From Candidatus Latescibacterota bacterium (GTDB lineage Bacteria > Latescibacterota > UBA2968 > UBA8231), in contig OZ241867.1 in the NCBI GenBank assembly GCA_965203175.1, positions 928,001 to 992,000 of the forward strand: DNA of 64,000 nt, read 5' to 3'. Positions within the stretch are counted from its first letter, which is position 1. Each line of letters starts with the position of its first letter. Below, piece after piece: positions 27,742 through 38,681 of the stretch. The notes under the pieces were generated by a model that was not told the origin of the DNA, made no database searches, and was given only the letters and a program-made list of their open reading frames with translations. The translations under genes were made by a program, and so were the position numbers.

Positions 27742-28835
27742 ACCAGCCCGCGCAATACATGCGCCGCGCTTTGCGGTTAGCGCAGCGAGGGCGCGGTAAG
27801 GTCAGCCCCAATCCCATGGTCGGCGCAGTTGTGGTGCGCGGGGACTGCATCGTCGGCGAAGGAGCCCACCTGAAGGTCGGCGGCCCCCATGCCGAGATCC
27901 ACGCCCTACGCCGAGCCGGTGACGAGGCGCGGGGGGCCGATCTCTATGTCACGCTAGAGCCTTGCTCCTTCCAGGGCCGCACTCCGCCCTGTACTGAAGC
28001 TGTACTACGCGCTGGCATTAAACGGCTCTACTGCGCGATGGAAGATCCCGACGAGCGCGCGGCTGGGCGGGGGATCGCTGCGCTGCGGGAAAAGGGCGTC
28101 GCCATTGACGTTGGACTTTGCGCTGAAGAGGCGCAGCGCCTCAACGCGGCTTACATCAAACACCGCACCCAAAACCTGCCCTTGGTCCTGCTCAAGCTGG
28201 CGCAGACCCTCGACGGTCGCATTGCGGCGCGCAGCGGCGATGCGCGTTGGATTACCGGTGATCAAGCGCGGCGCCACGTCCATCGCTGGCGCTCTTGGGT
28301 CGATGCTGTGGCCGTGGGCGCGGGCACCGTGCAAGCGGACGATCCTCTTTTGACGGTGCGCCACGTACCCGGGCGCGACCCGCGGCCCATCGTCATAGAC
28401 GGGCGCTTGCACACCGCGCCCGAAGCGCGCGTCTATCAGCGGCCCGGTGCCGTGCTCGTCACCGCAGAGAACACGCCAGTCGACAAGCGTCGTGCCTATG
28501 CGGCCAAGGGAGCCGAGGTTTGGACTTTTCCGGCTTCTGCCGGGCGCATCGACTTGCGCCAGCCCCTTGGGCGCATGGCGCGAGAGGGCATGACCAGCGT
28601 CCTCATCGAAGGCGGTGGCCAGTTGGCCGCGGCCGCACTCGGCGACCGCGTCGTTGACCAAGTGCTGCTCTACATCGCACCGCGGCTGATGGGCGAGGGG
28701 GTTGCTGCCATTGGCGACTTGGGAGTCGAACGCGCGGCCGAAGCCATTCGCCTCGCGTCCAGCCGCATCCAGCGGCTAGGCCCTGACCTACTCTACACAG
28801 CTGAAGTACAATACACTTGTTCACCGGACTCATAG
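27738..28835 (+). CDS. ribD: Riboflavin biosynthesis deaminase/reductase
   Basis: PNPMVGAV, HAE, TLEPC..GRTPPC, LKLAQTLDG, EGGG. Confidence 0.97.
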   Translation: MNQPAQYMRRALRLAQRGRGKVSPNPMVGAVVVRGDCIVGEGAHLKVGGPHAEIHALRRAGDEARGADLYVTLEPCSFQGRTPPCTEAVLRAGIKRLYCAMEDPDERAAGRGIAALREKGVAIDVGLCAEEAQRLNAAYIKHRTQNLPLVLLKLAQTLDGRIAARSGDARWITGDQARRHVHRWRSWVDAVAVGAGTVQADDPLLTVRHVPGRDPRPIVIDGRLHTAPEARVYQRPGAVLVTAENTPVDKRRAYAAKGAEVWTFPASAGRIDLRQPLGRMAREGMTSVLIEGGGQLAAAALGDRVVDQVLLYIAPRLMGEGVAAIGDLGVERAAEAIRLASSRIQRLGPDLLYTAEVQYTCSPDS

Positions 28836-29446
28836 AGGAACTCGGAAACGTGCGCGGCCGCGTGCGCCGAGGCGCATTCCAGCAGTTGGAAATCGAGGCC
28901 GAGCGCGTTCTCGACGGCTTGCAGGTGGGAGACAGCGTCAATATCGACGGGGCTTGTCAGACCGCGGTGGCCATTGGAGAAAGCGGCTTTTCAGTCGAGA
29001 CAGTCGCCGAAACGCTCTCCCGCACGACCTTGGGCACCCTCGGTATCGGGCAAGCGGTCAATCTAGAACGCCCCCTCCGCGCCAACCAGCGGCTCGATGG
29101 TCACCTCGTCTTGGGACACGTCGATGGCATAGCCCGCATTCGCCAGCGCACGGAGCGCGACGGGGAGCATCGCTTCGAGATCGAGCCGCCGCCCGCGCTC
29201 GCCCGCTACATCGCCGCCAAAGGCTCGGTGGCTCTCGACGGCATCAGCCTGACGGTGGCCGAGGTCAGCGGCGATGCCTTTACGGTTGCGGTCATACCGC
29301 ATACATTTGACAATACAACGCTTAGCCACCGGCGCGCCGGTGATTCTGTCAACCTCGAAGTCGATGTAATCGCCCGTTATGTCGAGCGTTTGCTCGGCGG
29401 ACAACCCCAGCTCAGCTTCGAGGACATGCGCGATATGGGATACTGA
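28817..29446 (+). CDS. ribE: Riboflavin synthase (alpha chain)
   Basis: MFTGLIEE N-terminus, VNLER, GH.V.GHVD, VNLEVD. Confidence 0.97.
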   Translation: MFTGLIEELGNVRGRVRRGAFQQLEIEAERVLDGLQVGDSVNIDGACQTAVAIGESGFSVETVAETLSRTTLGTLGIGQAVNLERPLRANQRLDGHLVLGHVDGIARIRQRTERDGEHRFEIEPPPALARYIAAKGSVALDGISLTVAEVSGDAFTVAVIPHTFDNTTLSHRRAGDSVNLEVDVIARYVERLLGGQPQLSFEDMRDMGY

Positions 29447-29449
29447 GCA

Positions 29450-30700
29450 ATGCTCGATTTCAACACCATTGAAGAAGTCGTCGAGGACCTGCAAAACGGC
29501 CGCATGGTCGTGCTCGTCGACGAGTGCGAAGCTGTGGGCGAAGGTGTGCTGGTAATGCTCGCCGAGCAAGCCACTGCCACCTCGGTCAACTTCATGACCC
29601 GCTGCGCCAGCAGCCCGCCCGTGGTTGCCGCCACCGAGGAGCACCTCAAAGCCCTTGAACTGCACATGCAGATTCCCAAGGCCCACGAGCCGATGGACGC
29701 CTCGATCATGGTCTCGGTCAATGCCCGCGCCATTGAGGGCACCGGCGTTTCAGCTCAGGATCGCGCCGCGACTATCCGCAAACTAGCCGACCCCGACAGT
29801 GCGCCCGAAGACTTCGTCCAGCCCGGGCACGTCACTCCGCTCCAAGCCCAACCGGGCGGGGTGTTGCGCCGCGCCGGCCATACCGAAGCCTCGGTCGATT
29901 TGGCGCAGATGGCCGATTGCCAGCCCGTGGCCTTGATCGCCGCCATCCTAGATGAAGCGGGTGCGCTGGCCGACGCGTCCTACCTGCTCAACTTCGCGCG
30001 CGAACACGACCTCAAGATCACCACCATCCACGACCTGATTGCCCATCGCCGCCGCACCGAGAAACTGATTCATTTAGAGGCTCAGTCGCCCATGCCAACC
30101 AGCTACGGCGAATTCACGGCCTATGCGTACCGCAGCTTGGTTGACGACAACCCGTACCTCGCCCTCGTGTACGGCGAGGTCGCCGACGGCCGCGACACCT
30201 TGGTGCGCATGCACTCGGGTTGTCTGACCGGCGACGCGCTCGGCTCGCTGCTGTGCGACTGCGGTGAGCAGCTAGCACAATCCATGCAACTCATTGCCGC
30301 AGAGGGGCGCGGCGTTATCGTATATATTCAGCACCACGAGGGCCGCGGCATCGGCATTCTGCACAAGCTCAAGGCATACGAGCTGCAACAGCAGCAGGGC
30401 CTCGACACCATCGAAGCCAACCACGCCCTCGGCCACCCCATGGACTCGCGCGACTACGGCATCGGTGCCCAAGTGCTCTACGACCTAGGATTGCGCCGAG
30501 TGCGCTTTTTGACCAACAATCCCAAAAAGCGGGTCGGCTTGGATGCCTACGGCCTGACCGTCGTCGAGCAAGTGCCCATTGAGGCCGCTCCCAACCCCCA
30601 CAATATCCGCTATCTAACAACCAAGCGCGACAAGATGGGCCACGCCCTCTTGCTCAAGCGCGCAGCCGCCGAGGACGAAAACCATGCCAAAAGTGCATGA
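29450..30700 (+). CDS. ribBA: RibBA fusion: degenerate DHBP synthase domain + GTP cyclohydrolase II
   Basis: RRAGHTEA; [33 protein letters not shown]. Confidence 0.92.
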   Translation: MLDFNTIEEVVEDLQNGRMVVLVDECEAVGEGVLVMLAEQATATSVNFMTRCASSPPVVAATEEHLKALELHMQIPKAHEPMDASIMVSVNARAIEGTGVSAQDRAATIRKLADPDSAPEDFVQPGHVTPLQAQPGGVLRRAGHTEASVDLAQMADCQPVALIAAILDEAGALADASYLLNFAREHDLKITTIHDLIAHRRRTEKLIHLEAQSPMPTSYGEFTAYAYRSLVDDNPYLALVYGEVADGRDTLVRMHSGCLTGDALGSLLCDCGEQLAQSMQLIAAEGRGVIVYIQHHEGRGIGILHKLKAYELQQQQGLDTIEANHALGHPMDSRDYGIGAQVLYDLGLRRVRFLTNNPKKRVGLDAYGLTVVEQVPIEAAPNPHNIRYLTTKRDKMGHALLLKRAAAEDENHAKSA

Positions 30701-31151
30701 AGGCCAGCTCGACGCCCGAGGCCGCAAGTTCGGCATTGCGGTGAGCCGCTTCAACGACTTGGTGACCACCCGGCTCCTCGACGGCGCGTTGGACTGCATC
30801 CAGCGACACGGCGGCGACGGCAGCGACATAGAAATTGCCTGGGTTCCCGGTGCCTTTGAATTGCCCATTGCCGCCAAAAAGCTAGCGGGCACGGGTCGCT
30901 TTGACGTCGTCATCTGCCTGGGGGCCATCGTCCGCAGCGATACGCCCCACTTCGACTACGTGGCCAGCGAGTCGGCCAAGGGCATTGCCCGCGTCGGCCT
31001 CGACAGCGGCATCCCAGTGATCTTTGGCGTCATCACCGCTGACACGGTCGAGCAGGCCGTGCAGCGCGCGGGCGTCAAGGCCGGCAATCGCGGCTGGGAC
31101 GCCGCCCTCAACGCGGTTGAGATGGCCAGCTTGATGGCCGAGTTAGGATGA
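30684..31151 (+). CDS. ribH: 6,7-dimethyl-8-ribityllumazine synthase
   Basis: [27 protein letters not shown]. Confidence 0.97.
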   Translation: MPKVHEGQLDARGRKFGIAVSRFNDLVTTRLLDGALDCIQRHGGDGSDIEIAWVPGAFELPIAAKKLAGTGRFDVVICLGAIVRSDTPHFDYVASESAKGIARVGLDSGIPVIFGVITADTVEQAVQRAGVKAGNRGWDAALNAVEMASLMAELG

Positions 31152-31615
31152 GCGGCGAGGACGATTTTTTTGGTGATGGGACCTCTGCCGACGAGGCACC
31201 TCCCAACAACCGCCACGGCGCCCGTCAAGTGGCCTTGCAGGCCCTGTACTGGGAACAGAGCGCGGCGACCGACTCACTCGGCGCTTTGGATCAACTCTGT
31301 GCGCGCTTTGGCCTCGCGCCAGAGGTGCAATCCTTTGCAGCCGAACTCTTGCAGCGCGCAGCCGAGCATGCGGACGAACTGGACGCGCTGGCCGCAGCCC
31401 GGGTCCAGCACTGGCGCTGGGAGCGCATCGCCCGCATTGATCGCTTAATCTTGCGCTTGGCCTTGGCCGAAATGCTCTTTATTGAGGAAATACCAGTCCG
31501 GGTCTCCATCTTTGAGGCTGTCGAACTAGCCAAGTCCTACAGCACCGACAAGTCCTATGCCTTCGTCAATGGCGTCCTCGACGGCGTCGTGCGCCAGAAG
31601 GGACTCAGCGTCTGA
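31148..31615 (+). CDS. nusB: Transcription antitermination factor NusB
   Basis: [34 protein letters not shown]. Confidence 0.95.
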   Translation: MSGEDDFFGDGTSADEAPPNNRHGARQVALQALYWEQSAATDSLGALDQLCARFGLAPEVQSFAAELLQRAAEHADELDALAAARVQHWRWERIARIDRLILRLALAEMLFIEEIPVRVSIFEAVELAKSYSTDKSYAFVNGVLDGVVRQKGLSV

Positions 31616-31697
31616 GGTTGACCATGTGTAGAGACCCGCAACGCAGTGCTCGGTTTCAGTCCACACCCATGTGGCCCTAGTTTTAAGAGGATTTAGT

Positions 31698-34600
31698 ATG
31701 CTCAAATCGCTCGTAAAAAATTTCTTCGGCTCGCAGGCCGATCGCCAGTTTAAGCGCACATTGCCACAAGTGAGCCAGATCAGCCAGCTAGCGGCTTCGT
31801 ACCAATCCCTGAGCGACGCCCAGCTCCAAGCCAAAACCGCGACTTTCCGCCAAGATCTGCAGGCGCGCAACGCGGACAGCCGACAGCAGCTCGAAGTAAT
31901 CGAAGAGCGCCTGCGCGGCGATCTAGAACCTGAACAGCGCGAGCAGTTCAACGACCAGTACGGAGAGCTAGACAAAACCATCCGCGACATGGAAGCGGCC
32001 TTCCTCGACGAAATCATGCCCGAAGCCTTCGCCATGGTCGTCGAGACTTGCCGCCGGCTCTTGGGCCGCACGTGGGAGCGCGCCGGCGAGTCCGTGGAGT
32101 GGGACATGGTGCCCTACGACGTGCAGGTTTTCGGCGGTATATCGCTGCACCAAGGCAAGATCGCCGAAATGGCTACCGGCGAGGGCAAGACTCTAGTGGC
32201 GACGATGCCCCTGTTCCTCAACGCCATACCCCAACGCGGGGTCCATCTCGTTACCCACAACGAATACCTCGCCCGGCGCGACGCCATGTGGATGGGGCCG
32301 ATCTACAATTTCTTGGGGATGTCCGTGGGTATCATCCAAGACGTGTTTCAGACCGGTGCCGAAGCATATATACTCCAAGCGCCCGAGGGCGTGCCCGAGG
32401 AATTCCCCTGGGAGCGCACCGACCACACAGCCGCGTACAAGGCCGATATTGTGTACGCTAATCACAGCCAAGTCGGCTTTGATTACCTCCGCGACAACAT
32501 GGCCGTGCGGCTCGAAGACCTGATGCAGCGCGAATTCAACTATGCCATCGTCGACGAAGCCGACTCGATTCTCATCGACGAGGCGCGGACCCCGCTCATC
32601 CTCTCTGGGACCGTTCCCGATTCCAAAAATCAATACAAAGAGATGCGTCCCCTCGTGGAGCGGCTGATGAGGGCCCAGACCAACTTGGTCAATAAGATCG
32701 TCGCTGGAGCCGAGCAGGCGAGCAAGGAAACGGGCGAATACGACTACGACACTGGGATTGCCCTGCTCAAGGCCACCCGCGGCGCTCCCACCAATCGCCG
32801 GTTGGCCAAAATTCTGCAAGAGGAAGGCGTCAAGCGACTAATCAACCGGATTGAGGCCGACTACATGCGCGACAAGCGCCTCAACGAGATTGACGAGGAT
32901 CTCTACTTCGTCGTCGATGAGAAGGGCAACACCATCGACCTAACCGACAAGGGGCGCGACCTGCTCTCACCCAATGAGCAGGCCCTCTTCGTGCTGCCCG
33001 ACATCAGTATCGAGGTTGATGCGATCCGCAGAGACTCGGACCTGAGCGCCGAGGACAAGGCCCGCAAGGAGGAGGAGGCGCACCGTGCGTACGCCGAGAA
33101 AAGCCAAGCGGTACACAACATCAACCAACTGATGAAAGCTTATACCCTCTTCGAGAAGGATGTGCAGTACCTCGTCTCCGAAGACGGGCGGGTGGTCATC
33201 GTCGATGAAGCCACGGGCCGACCGCAGCCCGGCCGGCGCTTTGCCGACGGCTTACACCAAGCGCTAGAGGCCAAAGAGGGGGTGAAGCTACAGGAAGAAA
33301 CCCGCACCGTAGCCACCATCACGGTCCAGAACCTCTTCCGCATGTACCACAAGTTGGCCGGCATGACCGGCACGGCCGAGACCGAGGCCAGCGAACTGTG
33401 GGAGATCTACAAGCTCGACGTGGCCGTCATCCCCACCAACCGCCCGATTCGCCGCTTTGACCAAGAAGACCAGATATTTCGCACCAAGCGCGAGAAATAC
33501 AACGCGATCATAGAAGAAATCGACCGCCTACATCAGCTCGGCCTGCCAGTGCTAGTCGGCACGGTCTCGGTCGAGGTCTCCGAGTTGCTCAGCCGGATGC
33601 TCAGTCGGCGCGGCATCAAGCATCAGCTACTCAATGCCCGCCACCACGACAAAGAGGCCCAAATCGTCGCCGAAGCTGGCCAAGTTGGCACGGTTACGAT
33701 AGCCACCAATATGGCTGGGCGCGGTACGGATATTAAGCTGGCACCCAAGGTCGTCCACCTCGACCGCCAGACCGTCGAGTCCGACCTCACGCTCGACGAC
33801 AAGCTGCCTTCCGGCCAAGGCTTGCGCCAGCATCTGCAAGAAAACCCCGGTGGACTACAGGTCATCGGCACCGAGCGCCACGAAGCACGGCGCATCGATC
33901 GCCAGTTGCGCGGTCGCGCGGGACGCCAAGGCGACCCCGGTTCCTCGCGTTTCTATCTCTCTCTTGAAGACGACCTGATGCGGCTCTTCGGCTCGGAGCG
34001 CATCGCCTCCGTCATGGATAAGCTCGGGGCCGAAGAGGGCGAGGTCATCGAGGCTGGCATGGTCACGCGGTCGATCGAGCGGGCGCAAAAAAAGGTCGAG
34101 GCCCGCAACTTTGAGATGCGCAAACACGTGCTCGACTACGACGACGTCATGAACCAGCAGCGCCAAGTCATCTACAATCGCCGCCACGACCTGCTAGAGC
34201 AAGAAAGCGCACGCGAGCAAGTCGCGGAAATGATCGAAGAGAGCGTCGATGGCATCTTGGCCTCGTACGTCAATGCAGACGACCTAGCAAATGAGTGGGA
34301 TTGGGAGGGTCTGCAAACCGAGTTTGGCAGCACCTTCTTTTTGGCCTGTACCGTTCCCGAGGACGAGCGCGCCTACGCCAGCGTCGAGGGTCTGCGCGAG
34401 CAGCTACTCGCCACCGTTCGCGAAGCCTATCAGCGCCGCATCGACGCAGTCGGCGAAGAGGTCTTTCGCGAAGTCGAGAAGAGCATCGCCATGCACACCA
34501 TCGACACTTGCTGGCAGGAACACCTCCACGAAATCGACGAACTCAGGGACGGGATCGGCTTTGTCGGCGTCGGCGGGAAAAACCCCCTCATAGAATACAA

Positions 34601-34952
34601 GCGGGGGGCCTACGACATGTTTGAGAGCCTGATCGGTCGCATTGCCCAAGAGACGCTGCGCAATCTCTTCCAACTGCGCATCGACATCGGGACCGAGGCT
34701 TTGGGACCGGCGCGCCAGCCCGGGCGCATCAACGCGATTCACCAAGACGCCACCAATATGGGCTTTCGCGGCATCGAGCCAGTCCCGGCCGGCGTTCCTG
34801 GCCAGCCCACGCAACTGCGCGGCTCGGGTGGCGGCAGCAGCGAGGGCCAAGCCGTGCGTCAGCCGGTCGTCCGTGACCAGCCCAAGGTCGGGCGCAACGC
34901 CCCCTGCCCCTGCGGCAGTGGCAAGAAGTACAAGCGCTGCCACGGTGCCTGA
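31698..34952 (+). CDS. secA: Preprotein translocase SecA (long form)
   Basis: [41 protein letters not shown]-terminal [14 protein letters not shown]. Confidence 0.98.
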   Translation: MLKSLVKNFFGSQADRQFKRTLPQVSQISQLAASYQSLSDAQLQAKTATFRQDLQARNADSRQQLEVIEERLRGDLEPEQREQFNDQYGELDKTIRDMEAAFLDEIMPEAFAMVVETCRRLLGRTWERAGESVEWDMVPYDVQVFGGISLHQGKIAEMATGEGKTLVATMPLFLNAIPQRGVHLVTHNEYLARRDAMWMGPIYNFLGMSVGIIQDVFQTGAEAYILQAPEGVPEEFPWERTDHTAAYKADIVYANHSQVGFDYLRDNMAVRLEDLMQREFNYAIVDEADSILIDEARTPLILSGTVPDSKNQYKEMRPLVERLMRAQTNLVNKIVAGAEQASKETGEYDYDTGIALLKATRGAPTNRRLAKILQEEGVKRLINRIEADYMRDKRLNEIDEDLYFVVDEKGNTIDLTDKGRDLLSPNEQALFVLPDISIEVDAIRRDSDLSAEDKARKEEEAHRAYAEKSQAVHNINQLMKAYTLFEKDVQYLVSEDGRVVIVDEATGRPQPGRRFADGLHQALEAKEGVKLQEETRTVATITVQNLFRMYHKLAGMTGTAETEASELWEIYKLDVAVIPTNRPIRRFDQEDQIFRTKREKYNAIIEEIDRLHQLGLPVLVGTVSVEVSELLSRMLSRRGIKHQLLNARHHDKEAQIVAEAGQVGTVTIATNMAGRGTDIKLAPKVVHLDRQTVESDLTLDDKLPSGQGLRQHLQENPGGLQVIGTERHEARRIDRQLRGRAGRQGDPGSSRFYLSLEDDLMRLFGSERIASVMDKLGAEEGEVIEAGMVTRSIERAQKKVEARNFEMRKHVLDYDDVMNQQRQVIYNRRHDLLEQESAREQVAEMIEESVDGILASYVNADDLANEWDWEGLQTEFGSTFFLACTVPEDERAYASVEGLREQLLATVREAYQRRIDAVGEEVFREVEKSIAMHTIDTCWQEHLHEIDELRDGIGFVGVGGKNPLIEYKRGAYDMFESLIGRIAQETLRNLFQLRIDIGTEALGPARQPGRINAIHQDATNMGFRGIEPVPAGVPGQPTQLRGSGGGSSEGQAVRQPVVRDQPKVGRNAPCPCGSGKKYKRCHGA

Positions 34953-34966
34953 GCTTGGAAAGCACT

Positions 34967-36433
34967 ATGGCCTTCTGGGAAGTACTCTGTCTGGTGGTGT
35001 ACAGCATCATCATCGTCGTTCTCGGCGTTTACGGCTTCCACCGCTACCAGCTACTGCGTCTGTTTTATCGACATCACCCAACCCCGATTCCCCAGCCCAA
35101 CCGCTTTGCCGAACTGCCCTTCGTCACAGTCCAACTACCACTCTACAACGAATATCACGTAGTCGAGCGCCTGCTAGAGGCTGTGGGCCAGATCGACTAT
35201 CCCCGCGACCGTCTGCAAATCCAGATCCTCGACGACTCTCAGGACGAAACCCGCGACAAGGCGCGACAAGGGGCAGCGCGACTGTCAGCCCAAGAGCTAG
35301 ACATCGAGTACATAGGCCGAACCCAGCGCCACGGCTTTAAGGCCGGGGCGTTGGCCGCCGGGCTAGAGCGCGCCCAAGGCGAATTCGTGTTGGTCCTCGA
35401 CGCCGATTTCGTGCCCCCTCCCGACATTTTACAACGAGCTATTCACTACTTTACCGACGATTCCATCGGCATGGTGCAGATGCGTTGGGGGCATCTCAAC
35501 CGCTCCTACTCGCTCCTGACGCGCATCCAGTCGATCTTCCTCGACGGGCACTTCGTCGTCGAGCACACGGCCCGCAACCGCTCGGGCCGCTTCTTCAACT
35601 TCAACGGCACTGGGGGGATCTGGCGCAAAAAGGCCATTTACGACGCCGGCGGCTGGCAACACGACACGCTCACTGAAGACCTCGACTTGAGCTACCGCGC
35701 TCAGCTAGCGGGCTGGCAGTTTCTCTATCTGCCCGAAATTGAAGTGCCCGGCGAGATCCCCATCGAAATCAATGCCTTCAAGTCGCAGCAGCACCGCTGG
35801 ACCAAGGGAGCGGTACAAACAGCAAAAAAAGTGCTGCCGCGGATCTGGCGCTCTGCGCTGCCAGCCAAGGTCAAGGTCGAGGCCACTTTCCATCTAACGG
35901 CCAACCTCTGCTACATCATGATGTTCCTGATGGCCCTGTTGACCGTTCCGGTGCTCTCCATTCGCTCGCAACTCGGCTGGGAGCGGTTCTTTATCATCGA
36001 TCTGCCGCTGTTTTCTTTTGCTACCATGGCCATTTCCGGCTTCTACATTACCTCCCAGCGCGTGCTCTATCCGGATTGGCGGCGACAGATCAAGTATTTG
36101 CCCATGCTGATGGCCATTGGCATGAGTCTCTGCATCAACAACACCCGAGCGGTAATCGAGGGCCTCGTCGGGTACCAAACCGACTTCCACCGCACCCCTA
36201 AATACGGGCTTACCGGACGCCGCGACCAAGACCAGCGGCGCAAGTACCTAAGCCGCTGGCCTCTGCTGTCTTTGGGCGAACTGGGCATGGCGCTCTACTT
36301 CGTCGTCGCCCTCTATCACGCCTACGCGACCGGCCTCTACTTGGGGATGCCCTTCCTGCTGCTATTCCACGCCGGCTTTCTCTACACTGGTTTGCTCTCC
36401 AGCGGTCAGCGCTGGTTGCACCGGGCGTCCTAA
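34967..36433 (+). CDS. Processive GT2 glycosyltransferase (cellulose synthase/CslA-like)
   Basis: QLPLYNE, GFKAGAL, DADF, TEDLDL, QQHRW. Confidence 0.92.
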   Translation: MAFWEVLCLVVYSIIIVVLGVYGFHRYQLLRLFYRHHPTPIPQPNRFAELPFVTVQLPLYNEYHVVERLLEAVGQIDYPRDRLQIQILDDSQDETRDKARQGAARLSAQELDIEYIGRTQRHGFKAGALAAGLERAQGEFVLVLDADFVPPPDILQRAIHYFTDDSIGMVQMRWGHLNRSYSLLTRIQSIFLDGHFVVEHTARNRSGRFFNFNGTGGIWRKKAIYDAGGWQHDTLTEDLDLSYRAQLAGWQFLYLPEIEVPGEIPIEINAFKSQQHRWTKGAVQTAKKVLPRIWRSALPAKVKVEATFHLTANLCYIMMFLMALLTVPVLSIRSQLGWERFFIIDLPLFSFATMAISGFYITSQRVLYPDWRRQIKYLPMLMAIGMSLCINNTRAVIEGLVGYQTDFHRTPKYGLTGRRDQDQRRKYLSRWPLLSLGELGMALYFVVALYHAYATGLYLGMPFLLLFHAGFLYTGLLSSGQRWLHRAS

Positions 36434-36437
36434 AACG

Positions 36438-36472
36438 AAAAAGCCCCCGGCCACAGGAGGCTGGGGGCTTTT
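36438..36472. terminator. Bidirectional intrinsic terminator
   Basis: AAAAAGCCCCCGGCC-loop-GGCTGGGGGCTTTT between convergent genes. Confidence 0.85.
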
Positions 36473-36494
36473 GCTCGCTTGAATACCGTCTGGA

Positions 36495-36968
36495 TTACTG
36501 AGGCCACTCCAGCGGAAAATCCGGCAATTTGTGGCGATCCCACAAGACGTTCATGCCGTTGTGGTGCCGCTTGGTGAATTTCTCGATGTGACGCACGCCG
36601 ATATCGACGTTGCTCTTCTCGCGCCGCATTTCGCGCCCCTTGTCTCCGGACAACTCAATGGCCTGCGAAGCCTTGTCGACATAGAGGTTGTGGGTCACGC
36701 GCAGTTCGCGGTATGTGAGATCTCGGGGAAAGGTCTGCAGTTCCGCCACGTAGTCGTTGATGAGCTGACGCGCCTTGGCTAGATCCTCTTCGGAGATCTC
36801 GCTGATCGGCTTTCTCAGATGCTCAATCGTATCGACAATCTGTCGGTTTTTGTCGTCCAGCGTCTTCAACTTCGTCACATACTCGATGAGCATTTGCTTG
36901 TCTTCCTCTTCGGTCCCACACCCGACCAAGACAAGCGCCAGTGCCAACACAGCCAGTTTCCTCGACAT
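36495..36968 (-). CDS. Hypothetical lipoprotein
   Basis: Lipobox LVGC after hydrophobic stretch; GGGAGG SD. Confidence 0.75.
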   Translation of the reverse strand: MSRKLAVLALALVLVGCGTEEEDKQMLIEYVTKLKTLDDKNRQIVDTIEHLRKPISEISEEDLAKARQLINDYVAELQTFPRDLTYRELRVTHNLYVDKASQAIELSGDKGREMRREKSNVDIGVRHIEKFTKRHHNGMNVLWDRHKLPDFPLEWPQ

Positions 36969-37063
36969 ATAGACCTCCCTGTAGGGGTGAGATTGTCTGT
37001 TCAGTCGGCCTCAAAATACACCTTAGAAGGGGGAAAATCAAGCATTCTCTCCGCTGAACCCTA

Positions 37064-37110
37064 TTGACGCGGCTTATGCGCGCTCATAATATCAACTTTA
37101 TATCAACTTT
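37064..37110 (+). promoter_or_regulatory. purC promoter with 11-bp tandem direct repeat
   Basis: TTGACG-17 nt-TAATAT; ATATCAACTTT x2 at 37089-37110. Confidence 0.55.
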
Positions 37111-37146
37111 TCGCATCCCCCGCTCTTACTTGAGGACGTCTATTCC

Positions 37147-38115
37147 ATGGTAACTCGCGAACAGATCCAATCCCAGCTCGACAACTGCCTGTTGGAGGCC
37201 AAATTCCCCCAGTGGGAGTCGCGCTATAAGCGCGGCAAGGTGCGCGATATGTACTTGCTCGAAAACCATCGCGTGCTGATCACTACGGATCGCCAGAGCG
37301 CGTTCGACCACGTGCTCGGCACCATTCCTCTCAAGGGCCAAGTGCTCAACCGCATCGCCCAGTACTGGTTTGAGCAGACCCAAGACATCGCCCCCAATCA
37401 AATCATTTCGGTACCCGACGCCAACGTCACCATCGCCCGCGAGCTGGACATCCTGCCCGTCGAGGTGGTGGTGCGCAAGTATCTGACGGGCAGTTCGGAC
37501 ACTGCTATCTGGACCCATTACAACAGCGGCGTGCGCCACTATTGCGGCCACATGTTGCCCGACGGCATGGTCAAAAACCAGCCTTTCGACGAAGCCATTA
37601 TCACGCCAACGACCAAGGACGAAGTCCACGACGAGCTGATTTCGCGCGACGAGATCATAGTCCAAGGCCTAGTGCCAGAAGATACTTGGAACCAAGTCGA
37701 AGAGATCGCCTTCGCGCTCTTTGCTCGCGGCGAGGAGCTGGCGGCCGAGCAAGGATTAATCCTCGTCGATACCAAGTACGAAATGGGGCTAGACGCAGAC
37801 GGCCGCATCACGCTCGCCGACGAGATCCACACGCCCGATTCATCGCGCTTCTGGATCAGAGACACCTACGCGGAGCGCCACGCCCGCGGCGAGGAGCCCG
37901 AAAGCCTCGACAAGGAATTTTTGCGCCTCTGGCTCCGCGACAAGGGCATTTCCGACGACAATATCCCCGAACTCGACGACGAGATCCGCGTCCAAGTTGC
38001 CGAGCGCTATATCGACCTTTTCCAACGGGTTACAGGCACAGACTTCGACGCCGAACTCGGCGCAACACCCGTCTTGCAGCGCATTGAGGAGCGGATTGCG
38101 GAATACCTCAACTAA
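37147..38115 (+). CDS. purC: SAICAR synthetase
   Basis: GKVRD.Y, TDRQSAFD, KGQVLN, ITPTTK, LVDTKYE, DEIHTPDSSRFW, DKEFLR. Confidence 0.96.
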   Translation: MVTREQIQSQLDNCLLEAKFPQWESRYKRGKVRDMYLLENHRVLITTDRQSAFDHVLGTIPLKGQVLNRIAQYWFEQTQDIAPNQIISVPDANVTIARELDILPVEVVVRKYLTGSSDTAIWTHYNSGVRHYCGHMLPDGMVKNQPFDEAIITPTTKDEVHDELISRDEIIVQGLVPEDTWNQVEEIAFALFARGEELAAEQGLILVDTKYEMGLDADGRITLADEIHTPDSSRFWIRDTYAERHARGEEPESLDKEFLRLWLRDKGISDDNIPELDDEIRVQVAERYIDLFQRVTGTDFDAELGATPVLQRIEERIAEYLN

Positions 38116-38211
38116 TTAGGAATTGCGAATTACGCCTCCACCGCGCCTTATGGAGAGGAAGTTCGCCATTTCTAATTCCTACCTAATTCCTAATTCCCAA
38201 TTCCTAATTAG
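38112..38211. repeat. 100-bp element with 21-bp imperfect terminal inverted repeats built of TAATTCC heptamers
   Basis: CTAATTAGGAATTGCGAATTA vs reverse complement of TAATTCCCAATTCCTAATTAG, 1 mismatch. Confidence 0.75.
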
Positions 38212-38217
38212 AGAGCT

Positions 38218-38403
38218 ATGGTCAAAAACTTGCTCCGCGCCTTTTTGGTCTTCCGCTTGGAGTTTCATCAGCCCACCCTCAATTTTGAGACCATGTTGAG
38301 CTATTGGCGGCGTGCACCCATCGTCCAGTACGTGGTTGAAGACGACGGCGAACAGCGCAGCAGTGCGCTCAAGCGCCGGCTCGACGAGGTCTATCCCTTC
38401 TAA
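38218..38403 (+). CDS. Small hypothetical protein
   Basis: 61 aa; TAATG coupling to next ORF. Confidence 0.5.
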   Translation: MVKNLLRAFLVFRLEFHQPTLNFETMLSYWRRAPIVQYVVEDDGEQRSSALKRRLDEVYPF

Positions 38404-38681
38404 TGCTGCATCGCCAGCTCAGAAACGCCTTGGAGGAAATTTTCGGCGTATCGTTTGTCGCCGAGGCACTCGCCAACGCGCCCATCGCCCAAGTTGTCCT
38501 CTACGAGCGGCGCGAGGAGTTCAAAAAGGCCGTCCTCGGCTTCCAGCGAATCAACTTTCGCGACGAACACACCGCGTATGCCGCGGGCATGGAGCGCGAG
38601 TTGGGCATCGCCCTGATCTGCGCCCTCCTCGACAACGACACGCGCGAGCTGGTTTCCGAACTCGGTCTCAATTACCTATGA
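38403..38681 (+). CDS. Hypothetical protein
   Basis: 92 aa, genome-like codon use, ATGA overlap with kinase. Confidence 0.65.
   Translation: MLHRQLRNALEEIFGVSFVAEALANAPIAQVVLYERREEFKKAVLGFQRINFRDEHTAYAAGMERELGIALICALLDNDTRELVSELGLNYL

Noticed and set aside
30200-30270. Inactive GTP cyclohydrolase II (HSGC instead of HSEC)
   Set aside because: Zn cysteines, EGRG, Tyr, Arg and TNNP.K are retained, and this position varies among RibA proteins
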